In this document: positions 30,399 to 40,654 of the stretch, piece by piece
Layout: each line of letters begins with the position of its first letter
How positions within the stretch are numbered: position 1 is the first letter of the stretch
From: Candidatus Zixiibacteriota bacterium
Lineage (GTDB): Bacteria; Zixibacteria; MSB-5A5; CAIYYT01
DNA length: 64,000 nt
Direction of reading: 5' to 3'
NCBI GenBank assembly: GCA_040235515.1
Contig: JBECKX010000195.1
Coordinates: 15,015-79,014 of the forward strand
The notes under the pieces: generated by a model
What the model saw: the letters and a program-made list of their open reading frames with translations, nothing else
What the model was told of the DNA's origin: nothing
Databases searched by the model: none
Made by a program: the position numbers and the translations under genes

Positions 30399-32720
30399 CT
30401 ATAATCTGTCAATCACGAAGATGGTTGTGGCGAGACTGGCTGCAACCGATGCGGTCGTTGAGAAGATCTTGAGCCAGTCGCGGTCTTTCTTGATCCTGGT
30501 CGGGACAAAGATCGCGTCACCGAGGTCAACCTTCTCCCGCATCACGCCGGAGCCAGAGTTGATCGTGCCATCCGCCTTAATCAGCTGGATGTGGCTCTTA
30601 TCCGCATTGGGCAGGAACCCTCCGGCACTCTGGAGATAGTAGCCAACCCTTCGGTCATTCCTGTAGGTGATGGTGCTGATGGCGGGTACCGCCCCCAGTA
30701 CCTGGACGCCCGCAGGCTTACTCGGGATGTAGATATGATCCCCATCCTGCAGTGCGATATCGTACTCGAGATTGTTCCGCATCAGGAGCTCTTTCCCGTT
30801 CACGATGATGCGATTGGACATCACGTTGTCGCGGGCCAGCATGCTCGAATCCACCAGGACTCTGCCGCTGTCGTCCCTGACTAACTCCGCTGAGCGGTTG
30901 ATTAACTTGTCAACTCCACGGCGCTTCATGTCATCAACGAGTGAGGCGCGCGTAAACACCGTGCCGGTGGCGAACGCATCCGCGGTCAAACCACCAGCAC
31001 GTTGTATCAAGGAGTAGAGGGAGTTCATGTCATCAGTGATGACATACTTTCCAGGAAAGGTGACCTCTCCCTCGATGGTCACCATGTCGCGCTCTTCCCA
31101 TCCGGGAATCTGGCGCACGAATAATTTGTCGTTGTTCTGCAGCGATAGGTTGCCCTGCGGCTCGTCGAGTGAAGCATAGAGCACTTCCTTGGTACCGTCA
31201 TCCCTGGTGCGAGCCAGTTCAACCCTCAGCGGGTAAGCGGAAGCGCTCAGATCACCCGCACGGAAAATCAGGTCTGAGACCTTCATCCCGGAGTAGTAGG
31301 GATACTCGCCCGGCCGGGACACCATGCCGTAGATAGATACCTGTCGTGGCGCCGCAACCTGCTCCTGTGAGTAGGCAATGAGCCGGTCGTTCGGCTGAAG
31401 CGAGACGTCATCTTCTCCGGAGATAACTTTGTCGGGATCAACTGCGATCAGGAGAGTGTCATTGCCGGCCTGCCGCCTGAGGATGTCGATGCGACCCCGG
31501 TAAGCGCTTTGATCCAGCTCGAAGCCCTGTTGGAGCAGTCCCCCGACCGTAAGCCCTTCATGATACTCGTAGACACCGGGATGGCGAAATTTGCCCTCGA
31601 GGTATACAACCCCTTCGCGCGAGTCGGTGATTTTCTCCACAAAAACCCGATCGCCATCCTCGATAGTGAATTCTTTTTCGGTAGAAGTTTCATCCCGCAG
31701 GTTCAAATCGATGACGCTATAGGCATCCTCGCTCGTGATGCGATCCACTCGAACCTTTTCGAGGTAAGCATTCGGCAACGGACCGCCTGCGAGTGTCAAC
31801 AGGTCGTTGATCGTTTCGTTGCCGAGGATCTCATAAATCGCAGGTCGCTTCACCGCCCCGGTGATGCTGGCACGTTTGCCGACCACCTCGACAAAGATTA
31901 CATCGCCTGACTGTAGCGAGACTGCGCCCACGTTCTTGCCGAAGAGCAGGAACTGGTAAAGATCGACCGTCACGCTCTGTTCGCCATTGCGCAGCAGTCT
32001 GATCTGCCGCAGGCTCCCGCGCTCGGTGGGACCGCCTGCGAGGTACAGCGTTGAGAACAACGTCGCAAGCGAGTTGACGCTGTAGCTGCCCGGATACTTC
32101 ACTTCGCCAAAGACGAATACCTGAATCGATTTTAGCTTGCCGAGTGTGACAGATAGTCGAAAGTCGCTGAATGATTTGGAGAGCTGCGCGTTGATCCTGT
32201 TACGGGCCGACTCGATGTCCAGTCCCCAAACCGGGATCTCGCCCACCTTCGGTATGAAAATCGCTCCCTGGCGATCCACAGTGAGGTCATACTCCTGTTC
32301 AATCCGTCCCCATAACTTGATGATCAGATTATCACCGGGACCGAGGCGATAGTCATCCGGCAAAGCGAGGCTCTGCGGGATCTCAAGCGTCGTGCCCCCT
32401 CTGGCAAAGAGGTCGTAGCCGAACAGCCCGATCGAGTCGCGCCGGCTCGAATTGACCGCCTGCTTCTCGAGCATTTGCGCGGATGCAGGGCTCGCCTGTT
32501 CAAGCCGCGCCGTTGAATCTTGTGCATTGTAGCTCGATTTGTATTTGTCGCTCCCCGCCGAGTTGGTCAGTCCGGGGTAGCGATGGATCAAATCGCTATA
32601 GTCGACGTTCTGATCTGTTGGGTAATTCTGTGCCACAGCAGTGGCGGTCAGCAGAAGAACCTGCAAAAGGATGAGTAGAACTTTGATTCCATTCATTACC
32701 GAAACTCCTTGATAGCCCAC
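30399..32720 (-). CDS. Polysaccharide export protein (Wza-like Poly_export domain plus multiple SLBB domains)
   Basis: Signal peptide. Poly_export motif (..YRLGPGDNLIIKLWGR..). At least 5 SLBB-like repeats (..GxVxxPGxYxxxxGxxVxDLIxxAGG..). C-terminal hydrophobic segment. Confidence 0.8.
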   Translation of the reverse strand: MGYQGVSVMNGIKVLLILLQVLLLTATAVAQNYPTDQNVDYSDLIHRYPGLTNSAGSDKYKSSYNAQDSTARLEQASPASAQMLEKQAVNSSRRDSIGLFGYDLFARGGTTLEIPQSLALPDDYRLGPGDNLIIKLWGRIEQEYDLTVDRQGAIFIPKVGEIPVWGLDIESARNRINAQLSKSFSDFRLSVTLGKLKSIQVFVFGEVKYPGSYSVNSLATLFSTLYLAGGPTERGSLRQIRLLRNGEQSVTVDLYQFLLFGKNVGAVSLQSGDVIFVEVVGKRASITGAVKRPAIYEILGNETINDLLTLAGGPLPNAYLEKVRVDRITSEDAYSVIDLNLRDETSTEKEFTIEDGDRVFVEKITDSREGVVYLEGKFRHPGVYEYHEGLTVGGLLQQGFELDQSAYRGRIDILRRQAGNDTLLIAVDPDKVISGEDDVSLQPNDRLIAYSQEQVAAPRQVSIYGMVSRPGEYPYYSGMKVSDLIFRAGDLSASAYPLRVELARTRDDGTKEVLYASLDEPQGNLSLQNNDKLFVRQIPGWEERDMVTIEGEVTFPGKYVITDDMNSLYSLIQRAGGLTADAFATGTVFTRASLVDDMKRRGVDKLINRSAELVRDDSGRVLVDSSMLARDNVMSNRIIVNGKELLMRNNLEYDIALQDGDHIYIPSKPAGVQVLGAVPAISTITYRNDRRVGYYLQSAGGFLPNADKSHIQLIKADGTINSGSGVMREKVDLGDAIFVPTRIKKDRDWLKIFSTTASVAASLATTIFVIDRL

Positions 32721-32888
32721 CTCTCAGGGAGAGATTTAGCAACAGCGATGCCAAAATGAAACGCCGCGTGCTAACTTGTGATGAATCAATAGCTTAGGTT
32801 GTGTGGTCGAGGGTCTCAGGTCGGGCCGGAGAGGGTATTCTTTTCCCGAATAGGGAGCAGGGCTTTCCGATCAAAGGGTCTTCTGAGC

Positions 32889-33770
32889 CTAACGGCTGAT
32901 ACCAGGCAGTTGCGAAAATGGTGTCAAGGAGTAGCCGAGAAGAGATTCCAGGTAGTGCGAACCTAAACCGGCTTTCAGTGGGCGGGGCGCAGGGAGAGCC
33001 AGATCGGAGAACTTGACCGGCAGTATAGCGTCGCTCCCCAGTTGCAGGCGAGTGGCTACCTTGACGGCGAACTCATAGCGGGAGAGGTATTCGGCGGACG
33101 CCAGATGCAGCACGCTCGGCAGGTCTGAGGCCTTGATCAATTTGGTGATTGCTCTGGCGAGGTCGGAGCACTCGGTGGGATTTGAGCAGAGGTCTGTCGC
33201 AGCCTTGTAGGTCTCGCCGCTCGCCACGGTTTGGTGGATCGTAGTGACCGGGTCGCCCTTTGGATGTGCCTCTGCGGTATAGAGCGCGCAAACGCGGAAG
33301 ATCGAGAAGGGGACTCCGGAGTTGCGGACGAGATTCTCCGCCTGAAGCTTCGATCGCCCATATTGATTGAGGGGTGCCGGTTCAACATCTTCACATGGTG
33401 CTGCGGTGCTTCCAGCAAAAACGTAGTCCGTGGAGATGAAGATAAGTTTTCCCTGTTCTGCCTGCCTTAGCGCCTCACAGAGATTGATCGTAGTGATGAC
33501 GTTTCCGTTGTGTGCATAGTCGTGGTCAAGTTCACAGCGGTCAACAGCGCTGGCAGCGGCGCAGTGGATCACAACGTCAGGCTTCTCCGCTCCGATCATT
33601 GCTGATACGGCAGCCGCATCTGTCAAATCGACTCGTGCAGCTTTGCCGCAACCGAGCGGCAGTGACCTTTGCGTCGGGCGATAGGTCCCGATTACAGCGT
33701 GTTCAGTTCCGATGTATCTGGCTAACGCGCTGCCGAGTCGTCCGGCTGCTCCTGTGATTAAGACGCGCAT
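32889..33770 (-). CDS. rfbD: dTDP-4-dehydrorhamnose reductase
   Basis: MRVLITGAAGRLGSAL.. Rossmann N-terminus with the RmlD family pattern. The longer ORF (to 33875) would overlap rfbB. Confidence 0.8.
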   Translation of the reverse strand: MRVLITGAAGRLGSALARYIGTEHAVIGTYRPTQRSLPLGCGKAARVDLTDAAAVSAMIGAEKPDVVIHCAAASAVDRCELDHDYAHNGNVITTINLCEALRQAEQGKLIFISTDYVFAGSTAAPCEDVEPAPLNQYGRSKLQAENLVRNSGVPFSIFRVCALYTAEAHPKGDPVTTIHQTVASGETYKAATDLCSNPTECSDLARAITKLIKASDLPSVLHLASAEYLSRYEFAVKVATRLQLGSDAILPVKFSDLALPAPRPLKAGLGSHYLESLLGYSLTPFSQLPGISR

Positions 33771-33787
33771 GTATGATAGTTTCTGCT

Positions 33788-34798
33788 CTAACGTTGCCCG
33801 TAGTGAAGACTGCGGAAGTCGGCCGCATCGGCGCTCTTCAATCTCTCGAAGATGGAACGGTTCGACCGATACCATTCGACGGTCTCGTTCAGCCCTTCGG
33901 CGAGGGGGCGATGCGGCAGGGCGCCGTAACGCTGTTCGAACTTAGCCGAATCGATTGAATAACGGCGGTCATGTGCGGGCCGGTCCTCGACAAACTTGAT
34001 TTTGCTGGTGCCACTCGTGAGTTGCAGCAGCTCATCCACCAACTCGAGATTGCTGCATTCCGCTGCTGATCCAATATTGACAACCTCTCCCGTGGGGAAA
34101 TCGTCCAGCAGATACCGCAACGCCTCACAGAAGTCATCGACATAAAGCCATGAGCGACGTTGTCTGCCGTCGCCATAGACCGGCAGCGGCGCATCCGCCT
34201 CGATCAACGACAGGAAGTAGGGAATGACCTTCTCGGGGTATTGCCTCGGACCATAGTTGTTGCAGGTCCGCACGATGGCAGCGTCCTGCCCGTGGGTCTT
34301 GATCGCCGCCAGCACCAGGAGGTCAGCGGACGCCTTACTTGCGGCGTAAGGTGAAGTGGGGTTCAGCGGTGCGGTTTCGGCGAATGACTGGTCATCAGCC
34401 GCCGGGCCATAGACTTCATCGGTAGAAATTTGCAGGAAGCGCGAACCTGATTCCTGGCAGAATGCCAGCAGATTCTGAGTTCCCAGCACGTTGGTGCGCA
34501 CGAAGCGCTCAGCATGGTAGAGCGAGCGATCAACATGGCTCTCCGCCGCAAAATTAACGACGAGGGAAAACGGGGTCTGCCGCAGCTTCGCCAACTCCTC
34601 CGCCACGGCGATATCTGCGTGGACGAAGTTGATCCGACTCTCTGTAAGCAGCGGTTCGAGGTTGTCAGTGGAGCCGGCGTAAGTGAGGGCATCGGCGACC
34701 GTAATCGGGTCAGAATTCGCACGTGCGAGGCTGTGCACGAAATTCGAGCCGATGAATCCGCAGCCGCCGCAGACCAATATATGAGGACGGTTGGTCAC
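33788..34798 (-). CDS. rfbB: dTDP-glucose 4,6-dehydratase
   Basis: ..ILVCGGCGFIGSNFV.. and YxxxK (..YAASKASADLL..) in an extended SDR typical of RmlB. Confidence 0.9.
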   Translation of the reverse strand: MTNRPHILVCGGCGFIGSNFVHSLARANSDPITVADALTYAGSTDNLEPLLTESRINFVHADIAVAEELAKLRQTPFSLVVNFAAESHVDRSLYHAERFVRTNVLGTQNLLAFCQESGSRFLQISTDEVYGPAADDQSFAETAPLNPTSPYAASKASADLLVLAAIKTHGQDAAIVRTCNNYGPRQYPEKVIPYFLSLIEADAPLPVYGDGRQRRSWLYVDDFCEALRYLLDDFPTGEVVNIGSAAECSNLELVDELLQLTSGTSKIKFVEDRPAHDRRYSIDSAKFEQRYGALPHRPLAEGLNETVEWYRSNRSIFERLKSADAADFRSLHYGQR

Positions 34799-34813
34799 GC
34801 GGGGTTCACCAGC

Positions 34814-35269
34814 CTAACCATCCCTGCGAGCCCAGTCGTAGGGAATCTTGGATGTGTGCGGCTCAAGCCGCAGTTCGTCTGGTGAATCATGGTTGTAGGT
34901 CTGATCGGGAAAATTGATCACCAGCACTTCAGTCTCGCCGATATTCTTGAATCCATGATACACCTGCGGTGGGATCTGGATCAGGATGCGGTTATCGATA
35001 CCGGGAAAGAACTCGTTGATTTCCCCGTAAGTTTTTGAATCCTCGCGCGCATCATAGATCACCAGCTTGGCCCTTCCCGCCACCACACACATACTGTCGG
35101 TTTGCCGCTCATGCATGTGCCATGCCTTCACTACGCCGGGATAGGCGGCTGTGATATAGGCCTGACCAAACTGTCTGAATATCTCATCATCGTTGCGGAG
35201 GATCTCAAACAGGTAACCTCGTTCGTCGCAATTGACCTGTAGCTTCTTTACCTTCACGCCCTCAATCAT
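34814..35269 (-). CDS. rfbC: dTDP-4-dehydrorhamnose 3,5-epimerase
   Basis: RmlC cupin: ..DERGYLFEILR.. ..MHERQTDSMCVVAGRAKLVIYD.. Confidence 0.85.
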   Translation of the reverse strand: MIEGVKVKKLQVNCDERGYLFEILRNDDEIFRQFGQAYITAAYPGVVKAWHMHERQTDSMCVVAGRAKLVIYDAREDSKTYGEINEFFPGIDNRILIQIPPQVYHGFKNIGETEVLVINFPDQTYNHDSPDELRLEPHTSKIPYDWARRDG

Positions 35270-36015
35270 TTCTTCTTCGCCTCGCTGTTACGTTTCATAC
35301 TCTCTGCCCGAGTCAACATCTGCGCCTGATGAAGCGACTCAAAGGTTCCTGCATCGGTCCACCAACCCTCGAGAATCTCGTACTCGACTCGCCCGGCCTT
35401 GATATAGTGGTTTGACACGTCAGTGATTTCATACTCCCCGCGCGCAGAAGGCTTGAGTTGCGCGATCAAGTCGAAGACGGACGGTTCATACATATAGATT
35501 CCCGTAACCGCGTATGACGACTTCGGATGCGCCGGCTTTTCCTCGATCCCGAGCAGGTTGCCATCCTGATCAAGTTCCGCCACACCGAATCGTTGAGGAT
35601 TCTGCGTTTCCTTCAAGAACAGGAAGGCCCCCAGATTGCTCTTATCGAACTGCCTCACCCGGGCAGCGATTGAGTCCGCGAAGATGTTGTCGCCAAGAAT
35701 CACACAGAGTTTGTCATTTCCGACGAACTCTCTGGTCAATGCGAGTGCGGCAGCAATCCCATCCTCCCCCTCCTGGTAAGCATAGCGCAGATTATCCAGC
35801 CCGAACTGACTCCCATTGCCGAGGAGCCGCTCGAATTCTCCGGCGTGATTGCCACCGGTTACAACCATGATCTGATCGATCCCTGCTTCAACCAGCTTGT
35901 TGATCGGGTAGTAGATCATCGGGCGGTCATAGACCGGCAGCAGATGCTTGTTCGTGATTTTCGTCAGCGGTAAAAGCCTTTTTCCGAGGCCACCCGCCAG
36001 CACGACACCCTTCAT
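35266..36015 (-). CDS. rfbA: Glucose-1-phosphate thymidylyltransferase (short-form sugar nucleotidyltransferase)
   Basis: MKGVVLAGGLGKRLLPLTK..NKHLLPVYDRPMIYYPI.. Start ambiguous (36015 vs 36033). Confidence 0.8.
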   Translation of the reverse strand: MKGVVLAGGLGKRLLPLTKITNKHLLPVYDRPMIYYPINKLVEAGIDQIMVVTGGNHAGEFERLLGNGSQFGLDNLRYAYQEGEDGIAAALALTREFVGNDKLCVILGDNIFADSIAARVRQFDKSNLGAFLFLKETQNPQRFGVAELDQDGNLLGIEEKPAHPKSSYAVTGIYMYEPSVFDLIAQLKPSARGEYEITDVSNHYIKAGRVEYEILEGWWTDAGTFESLHQAQMLTRAESMKRNSEAKKK

Positions 36016-36113
36016 CGGGACTCCAAACCTCAATCCACGTACTATACTATTACCCGCACAAAGTAAGATTGTCCCGTTGTTAAATCAAACCAAATCCACT
36101 AAGCTATTCCGCG

Positions 36114-36836
36114 ATGAGCCGTACACTGATCATTGCCCACCGCGGCGCTTCTCACGCGCACGTCGAAAACAGCATGACTGCATTTCGCACTGCTCTGAGA
36201 GATGGAGCGGATGGGCTGGAGGTCGATCTGAGGCGATCTTCGGACGGCGCCATCTTCTGTTTCCACGACCATCAACTCTCACGGCTGACGGGCAAAGCCG
36301 GCTATTTCCGCCGCACTGCAGCGGCTCGAATCGATCAGTTGCGCCTGAGCGACGGGAGCAGGATTCCTCCGTTTTCGCAATTCGTGAAAGAGTTCGTGGG
36401 CAACTCGCGGGTCGTGCTCGATATCAAGTCCGCCCATATCGAGGCAACAATCCTCGCAGAACTGGGGGAGCTTGCGGGCGACGGCAGATTGGTCTATTCG
36501 AGCTTCAATCCCAACGTCGTCAAGCGGATCAAGGCTGAACTGCCAGATGCCCGAACTGCTCTGATCGTCGGCCCCGTTCGAAATCTGCAGATGCGACTGC
36601 GCATGAAATCGCTACTGGCGAAACGGCTCAAACAGCTTCACTGCAATGCCGTTCATCTCTCGAAGTTGCTTGTCTCGGAAGGCCTGGTCAGACATTTGCA
36701 CGGAGAAGGACTAAGCGTTTCGGTCTGGACGGTCGATGATCCCAAGCAGGCGCGAAAGCTTGTAGATATCGGCGTCGACAGTATCATGACTAATGAACCC
36801 GCAGCAATCCTGCGTGCCCTGCGAGGCGGGGAATAA
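36114..36836 (+). CDS. Glycerophosphodiester phosphodiesterase family protein
   Basis: ..LIIAHRGAS..ENSMTAF..GADGLEVDLR..DG..FHD.. is the GDPD catalytic motif. Confidence 0.8.
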   Translation: MSRTLIIAHRGASHAHVENSMTAFRTALRDGADGLEVDLRRSSDGAIFCFHDHQLSRLTGKAGYFRRTAAARIDQLRLSDGSRIPPFSQFVKEFVGNSRVVLDIKSAHIEATILAELGELAGDGRLVYSSFNPNVVKRIKAELPDARTALIVGPVRNLQMRLRMKSLLAKRLKQLHCNAVHLSKLLVSEGLVRHLHGEGLSVSVWTVDDPKQARKLVDIGVDSIMTNEPAAILRALRGGE

Positions 36837-36879
36837 AGAGCCGTGGCCGGCGCCGGATTATGGTCGGAGGTAGATAAAA

Positions 36880-38775
36880 ATGAAGGTTAACAGCGATACA
36901 CTCATCAGGAAAAACAGGCTGACAGGATACTGCTTTACAATTCTGGTCATCACGGTACTCAGCCTCCTCTATGCACAACCCTCGCAGGCGGCGGAGTTGG
37001 AAGAAATCCTGCGAGAGCACATTCAGGCACAGGGTGGTAAAGAGAAGCTTGATGCGGTGAAGTCGCTGCGCATCGAGTCCACGATGTCCTTGGGGGGGAT
37101 GAACGGCACCGGCGTAACCTACTTCAAAGCCCCGGACAAATTCCGCACTGATGTTACACTTCCGGTTTTCAGCACTTCGCAAGGCTGTGATGGCAATGAT
37201 TGCTGGATGTCCGACCCGCAGGGGCTGACCCACAGTCTCGGCCACGAATTGAAGGGGATGATGGTGACGCAACTGGTATTGCAGCGTTCCGACTATGCCA
37301 CCCCTGCGAGCTTTGATGGACAAGTTAAACTCGTGAACGAAGACGCGACGCTGGCTAACGACACTGCCGCAGCAGCCTATTTTGTGATCGAAATCTCCCC
37401 GAGTGGTGGTATCCCTGCCAGGCTCTGGATTGACCACAACACTTACCTGATCAGACAGGTAGCCATGAAGACCGACATGGGAGTGATGATCTCGGAACTG
37501 TTTGACTATCAGCTGGTCGAGGGCATCCTCTTTCCGCACAGTTCACGCGAGCGGACCGATGCGGGAATTATCGCCGCGAACAGCCGGGTCAGTTCTATCG
37601 AACTCAACGTCCCTCTCTCGGATACGCTGTTCCAGGCACCGGGGCATCGAGACAGGTCCGTTAGCTGGGGTATCGCAGCAGACTCAATCGTGATTCCCTG
37701 CGAACTGTGGCACAATCATCTCTATTTCAAAGCTATGCTGGCTGGAGAAGGTCCCTACAATCTGATATTCGACACCGGCGCCGGGGGATTGGCACTGGAC
37801 GCGGCACTGGTCAGGAAACTCGATCTGAACGTGATCGGGACGACTGAAGCACGCGGGGTCGGTGGTACGGAGGAAAGCTCGCTTTATCAGATCGAGAGCC
37901 TGCAGGTTGGTGAAATTGTAATCGATAGTGTTCCGGTCAGCGCGATAGATTTCGGGGCAATAGAAGCCTCCGGAACCCGTAAAATCGACGGAATCGTGGG
38001 CTATACCTTTTTGAGCCGCTATATCGTTGCCATCGATTACGGCCGGCACGAGATAATCCTCTATCCGCAGGGCACGCAGAGCGCCAACTGGGGAGAGCGC
38101 TGCGACCTGACGATCGATTTTCGGCTGCCCTATATCGATGCGACCGTAAACGATTCGATTGTCGGGGCTTTTCGCCTGGATACCGGCTCGGTTTCGACGC
38201 TCGACCTCAACTCGCCCTTTGTGCTGGCACATGGTCTCGTCGATTCCACCAGCAATGACTATATCGTGCTCACCTCGGTCGGAGTCGGTGGCACATCCAG
38301 CGGCCTGGTTGGCATCCTCGACAAACTTGCGGTGTGTGGCTTCGAACAAGATTCGGTCTGGACCGGATTTACTCTCTCTGAACAAGGTATTTTCGCCGGA
38401 GCCAGCACGGCCGGTAACATCGGCGCCGGCCTGCTCAAACGCTTCCGGCTGACGTTCGACTACTCGGGTGGATCGGTCTATTTTCAGCCGGTCGAAGACT
38501 ACGATGCTATCTGCCGCGTCCGCAACATGGCCGGAATCGGCTTCGAACTCGATGATGGAGATCTCCGCGTCGCGCATCTGCTTCCTGATCATCTGGCGTA
38601 TGATCGGTTGCAGGTCGGCGATGTGATAAGGAGCATCAATGGCCTCGATCCCGCTGAACTGTCGCTCTTTGAGATTGAGCGGCTCCTTGTCGGCGGACAT
38701 GGCCTGATCAAGTTCGACTTGGAACGAGACGGGAAGCTGGAATCTGTCGAATTTCAGCTCGATGGTTATTTCTAA
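36880..38775 (+). CDS. Secreted tandem retropepsin-like (clan AA) aspartic protease with C-terminal PDZ domain
   Basis: Signal/TM anchor. Two separate D-T-G active-site motifs (..LIFDTGAGGLALD.. at ~aa 290 and ..FRLDTGSVSTLDLN.. at ~aa 430). C-terminal PDZ-like ..GFELDDGDLRVAHLLPDHLAYDRLQVGDVIRSINGL.. Confidence 0.6.
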   Translation: MKVNSDTLIRKNRLTGYCFTILVITVLSLLYAQPSQAAELEEILREHIQAQGGKEKLDAVKSLRIESTMSLGGMNGTGVTYFKAPDKFRTDVTLPVFSTSQGCDGNDCWMSDPQGLTHSLGHELKGMMVTQLVLQRSDYATPASFDGQVKLVNEDATLANDTAAAAYFVIEISPSGGIPARLWIDHNTYLIRQVAMKTDMGVMISELFDYQLVEGILFPHSSRERTDAGIIAANSRVSSIELNVPLSDTLFQAPGHRDRSVSWGIAADSIVIPCELWHNHLYFKAMLAGEGPYNLIFDTGAGGLALDAALVRKLDLNVIGTTEARGVGGTEESSLYQIESLQVGEIVIDSVPVSAIDFGAIEASGTRKIDGIVGYTFLSRYIVAIDYGRHEIILYPQGTQSANWGERCDLTIDFRLPYIDATVNDSIVGAFRLDTGSVSTLDLNSPFVLAHGLVDSTSNDYIVLTSVGVGGTSSGLVGILDKLAVCGFEQDSVWTGFTLSEQGIFAGASTAGNIGAGLLKRFRLTFDYSGGSVYFQPVEDYDAICRVRNMAGIGFELDDGDLRVAHLLPDHLAYDRLQVGDVIRSINGLDPAELSLFEIERLLVGGHGLIKFDLERDGKLESVEFQLDGYF

Positions 38776-38956
38776 TCAGATCAGTTCTGAAAATAGCTTT
38801 CGAAGGGGATTTAGACGGCTTGCCTTTGAGGGCAAATTGATTACCTTTGCTCGTTGCTGTGGGGCACTGAACCTTCGTATCAAATCTGTCGGTCCGTTAC
38901 ACATTGTGCAGGTCGGCAGGGAAGTTTAGACTGCGACCACACATGGAGAAACGCGC

Positions 38957-39637
38957 GTGCAGAAGAAAGTCATATCACTAACAACGCTGCTAGCTTTGCT
39001 GCTGCTCCACGCCTCGACGCTTGCCGGCCCGCCGGCGGGTACCTGGACGCTGGGGGTTCGCATGGGGCTCTTCACCAATTCCGAGGATGACATCGAGTTT
39101 TCCAGCGGAGAAAGCCAGGTCACGCTCTTTGCCAACAAGACGAATTTCTACCTTGAGGGCTTCGTTAACTACTATTTCACCAGTTATTTTGCGGCTGTCG
39201 GTAATTTCGGCACCTATTCGAAGGGAGATATCCGCTACGACGGTTATGTCGTCGGCTATGGCAACGCCAGCTTTCTCGGTTCCGCATCGATTTTCCCGGT
39301 ACAATTGGGCGCCAGGCTCTCGCCATTCACGAATCAGTTTCCGCTCAAGGCAAAACCTTACTTCGAAGGTGGCGGAGCGTTGGTAATCGGGCGCGAGACA
39401 GTCGCCGGGGCCTATTATGATCCATTCCTGGGCCAGTTCACTGATGGTACACTCAATACCGAGACAGACTGGACCTGGTGGTTCGGCGGGGGGGCCGAGA
39501 TACCGCTTTCACCGAAGATTCATATCGACCTGATGGGTAAATATATCAGCAATCAGTTCAGTGGAGATATTGCCGGAATACAGGACTTCACCGGATTTCA
39601 GGCATCCATCGGCGTATCATATCATTATCTGAAATAA
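38957..39637 (+). CDS. Small outer-membrane beta-barrel protein (OmpA-like/porin-family beta-barrel)
   Basis: GTG start with GGAGAA RBS. Signal peptide. Amphipathic beta strands rich in Y/F/G. Terminal ..ASIGVSYHYLK. Confidence 0.45.
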   Translation: MQKKVISLTTLLALLLLHASTLAGPPAGTWTLGVRMGLFTNSEDDIEFSSGESQVTLFANKTNFYLEGFVNYYFTSYFAAVGNFGTYSKGDIRYDGYVVGYGNASFLGSASIFPVQLGARLSPFTNQFPLKAKPYFEGGGALVIGRETVAGAYYDPFLGQFTDGTLNTETDWTWWFGGGAEIPLSPKIHIDLMGKYISNQFSGDIAGIQDFTGFQASIGVSYHYLK

Positions 39638-39656
39638 GAGATTAAGGAAGGAGCTT

Positions 39657-40652
39657 ATGGCTACCAAGATCGCGATCAATGGATTTGGACGTATCGGACG
39701 ATTGGTTTTGCGCCGTGCAATGCAAACCAAGAGTAGCCTCGATTTTGTCAGCATCAATGACCTAACTGATCCGGCCACTCTCGCACACCTGTTCAAGTAC
39801 GATTCATCGTTCGGGAAATTCGACGGCGAAGTAAAGGTCGAGGGGGACAATCTGGTTATCAATGGCGACACGATTCGCGTTACCCGGGAGAAGGACCCCG
39901 CCAACCTGCCGCACAAGGAGGTCAAGGCTGACATCGTCGTGGAATCAACCGGTTTGTTCCGCGACCGTGAGAGTGCGGGCAAGCACCTGGCCGCAGGTGC
40001 GAAGAAAGTACTGATCTCGGCGCCCGCGAAAAAACATGATGGTACCTTCGTGTTTGGTGTCAACTGGAACGATTACGATAAGGCCAAGCACGAGATCATC
40101 TCGATCGGCTCATGCACGACCAACTGCCTGGCACCCGTCGTGAAGGTCCTGCATGATTCCTTTGGAATCGAGAAGGGGTTCATGACGACGATCCATGCTT
40201 ACACCAATGACCAGGCGCTGCTCGACGGACCGCACAAAGACCTGCGTCGCGCCCGTTCGGCCGCCCTCTCGATCATCCCGACCTCGACTGGCGCCGCCAA
40301 GGCGATAGCGGAGTGTCTGCCGGAGATGAAGGGTCGCCTTGACGGTTGCGCGCTGCGCGTTCCAACACCCGTCGGCTCGCTGGTCGATCTGGCGGTAGTT
40401 CTCCAGAAGGAGGCTTCGGCGGATGAAATCAACGCAAAGATGAAAGCGGCCGCCAACGGCGCAATGAAGGGCGTTCTGGAGTACACGGAGGATGAGATTG
40501 TCTCGGTCGATATCGTCGGCAACAGCCACTCATCGGTCTTCGACTCTCGTCAGACTCAAACTCATGGCAATCTGGCCAAGGTCTTCTCCTGGTACGACAA
40601 CGAGTGGGGCTTCTCATGTCGTATGGTAGACGCGCTCCAGAAGATGATATAG
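39657..40652 (+). CDS. gap: Glyceraldehyde-3-phosphate dehydrogenase
   Basis: ..INGFGRIGR.. ..[10 protein letters not shown].. (catalytic Cys), ..WYDNEWG.. Confidence 0.95.
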   Translation: MATKIAINGFGRIGRLVLRRAMQTKSSLDFVSINDLTDPATLAHLFKYDSSFGKFDGEVKVEGDNLVINGDTIRVTREKDPANLPHKEVKADIVVESTGLFRDRESAGKHLAAGAKKVLISAPAKKHDGTFVFGVNWNDYDKAKHEIISIGSCTTNCLAPVVKVLHDSFGIEKGFMTTIHAYTNDQALLDGPHKDLRRARSAALSIIPTSTGAAKAIAECLPEMKGRLDGCALRVPTPVGSLVDLAVVLQKEASADEINAKMKAAANGAMKGVLEYTEDEIVSVDIVGNSHSSVFDSRQTQTHGNLAKVFSWYDNEWGFSCRMVDALQKMI

Positions 40653-40654
40653 TC

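Noticed and set aside
33773-33958. Possibility that rfbD starts at 33875 (MVSVEPFHLREIEER..)
   Set aside because: It would overlap the 3' end of rfbB by ~90 nt. The internal MRVLITGAAGRLG start gives a canonical RmlD N-terminus.
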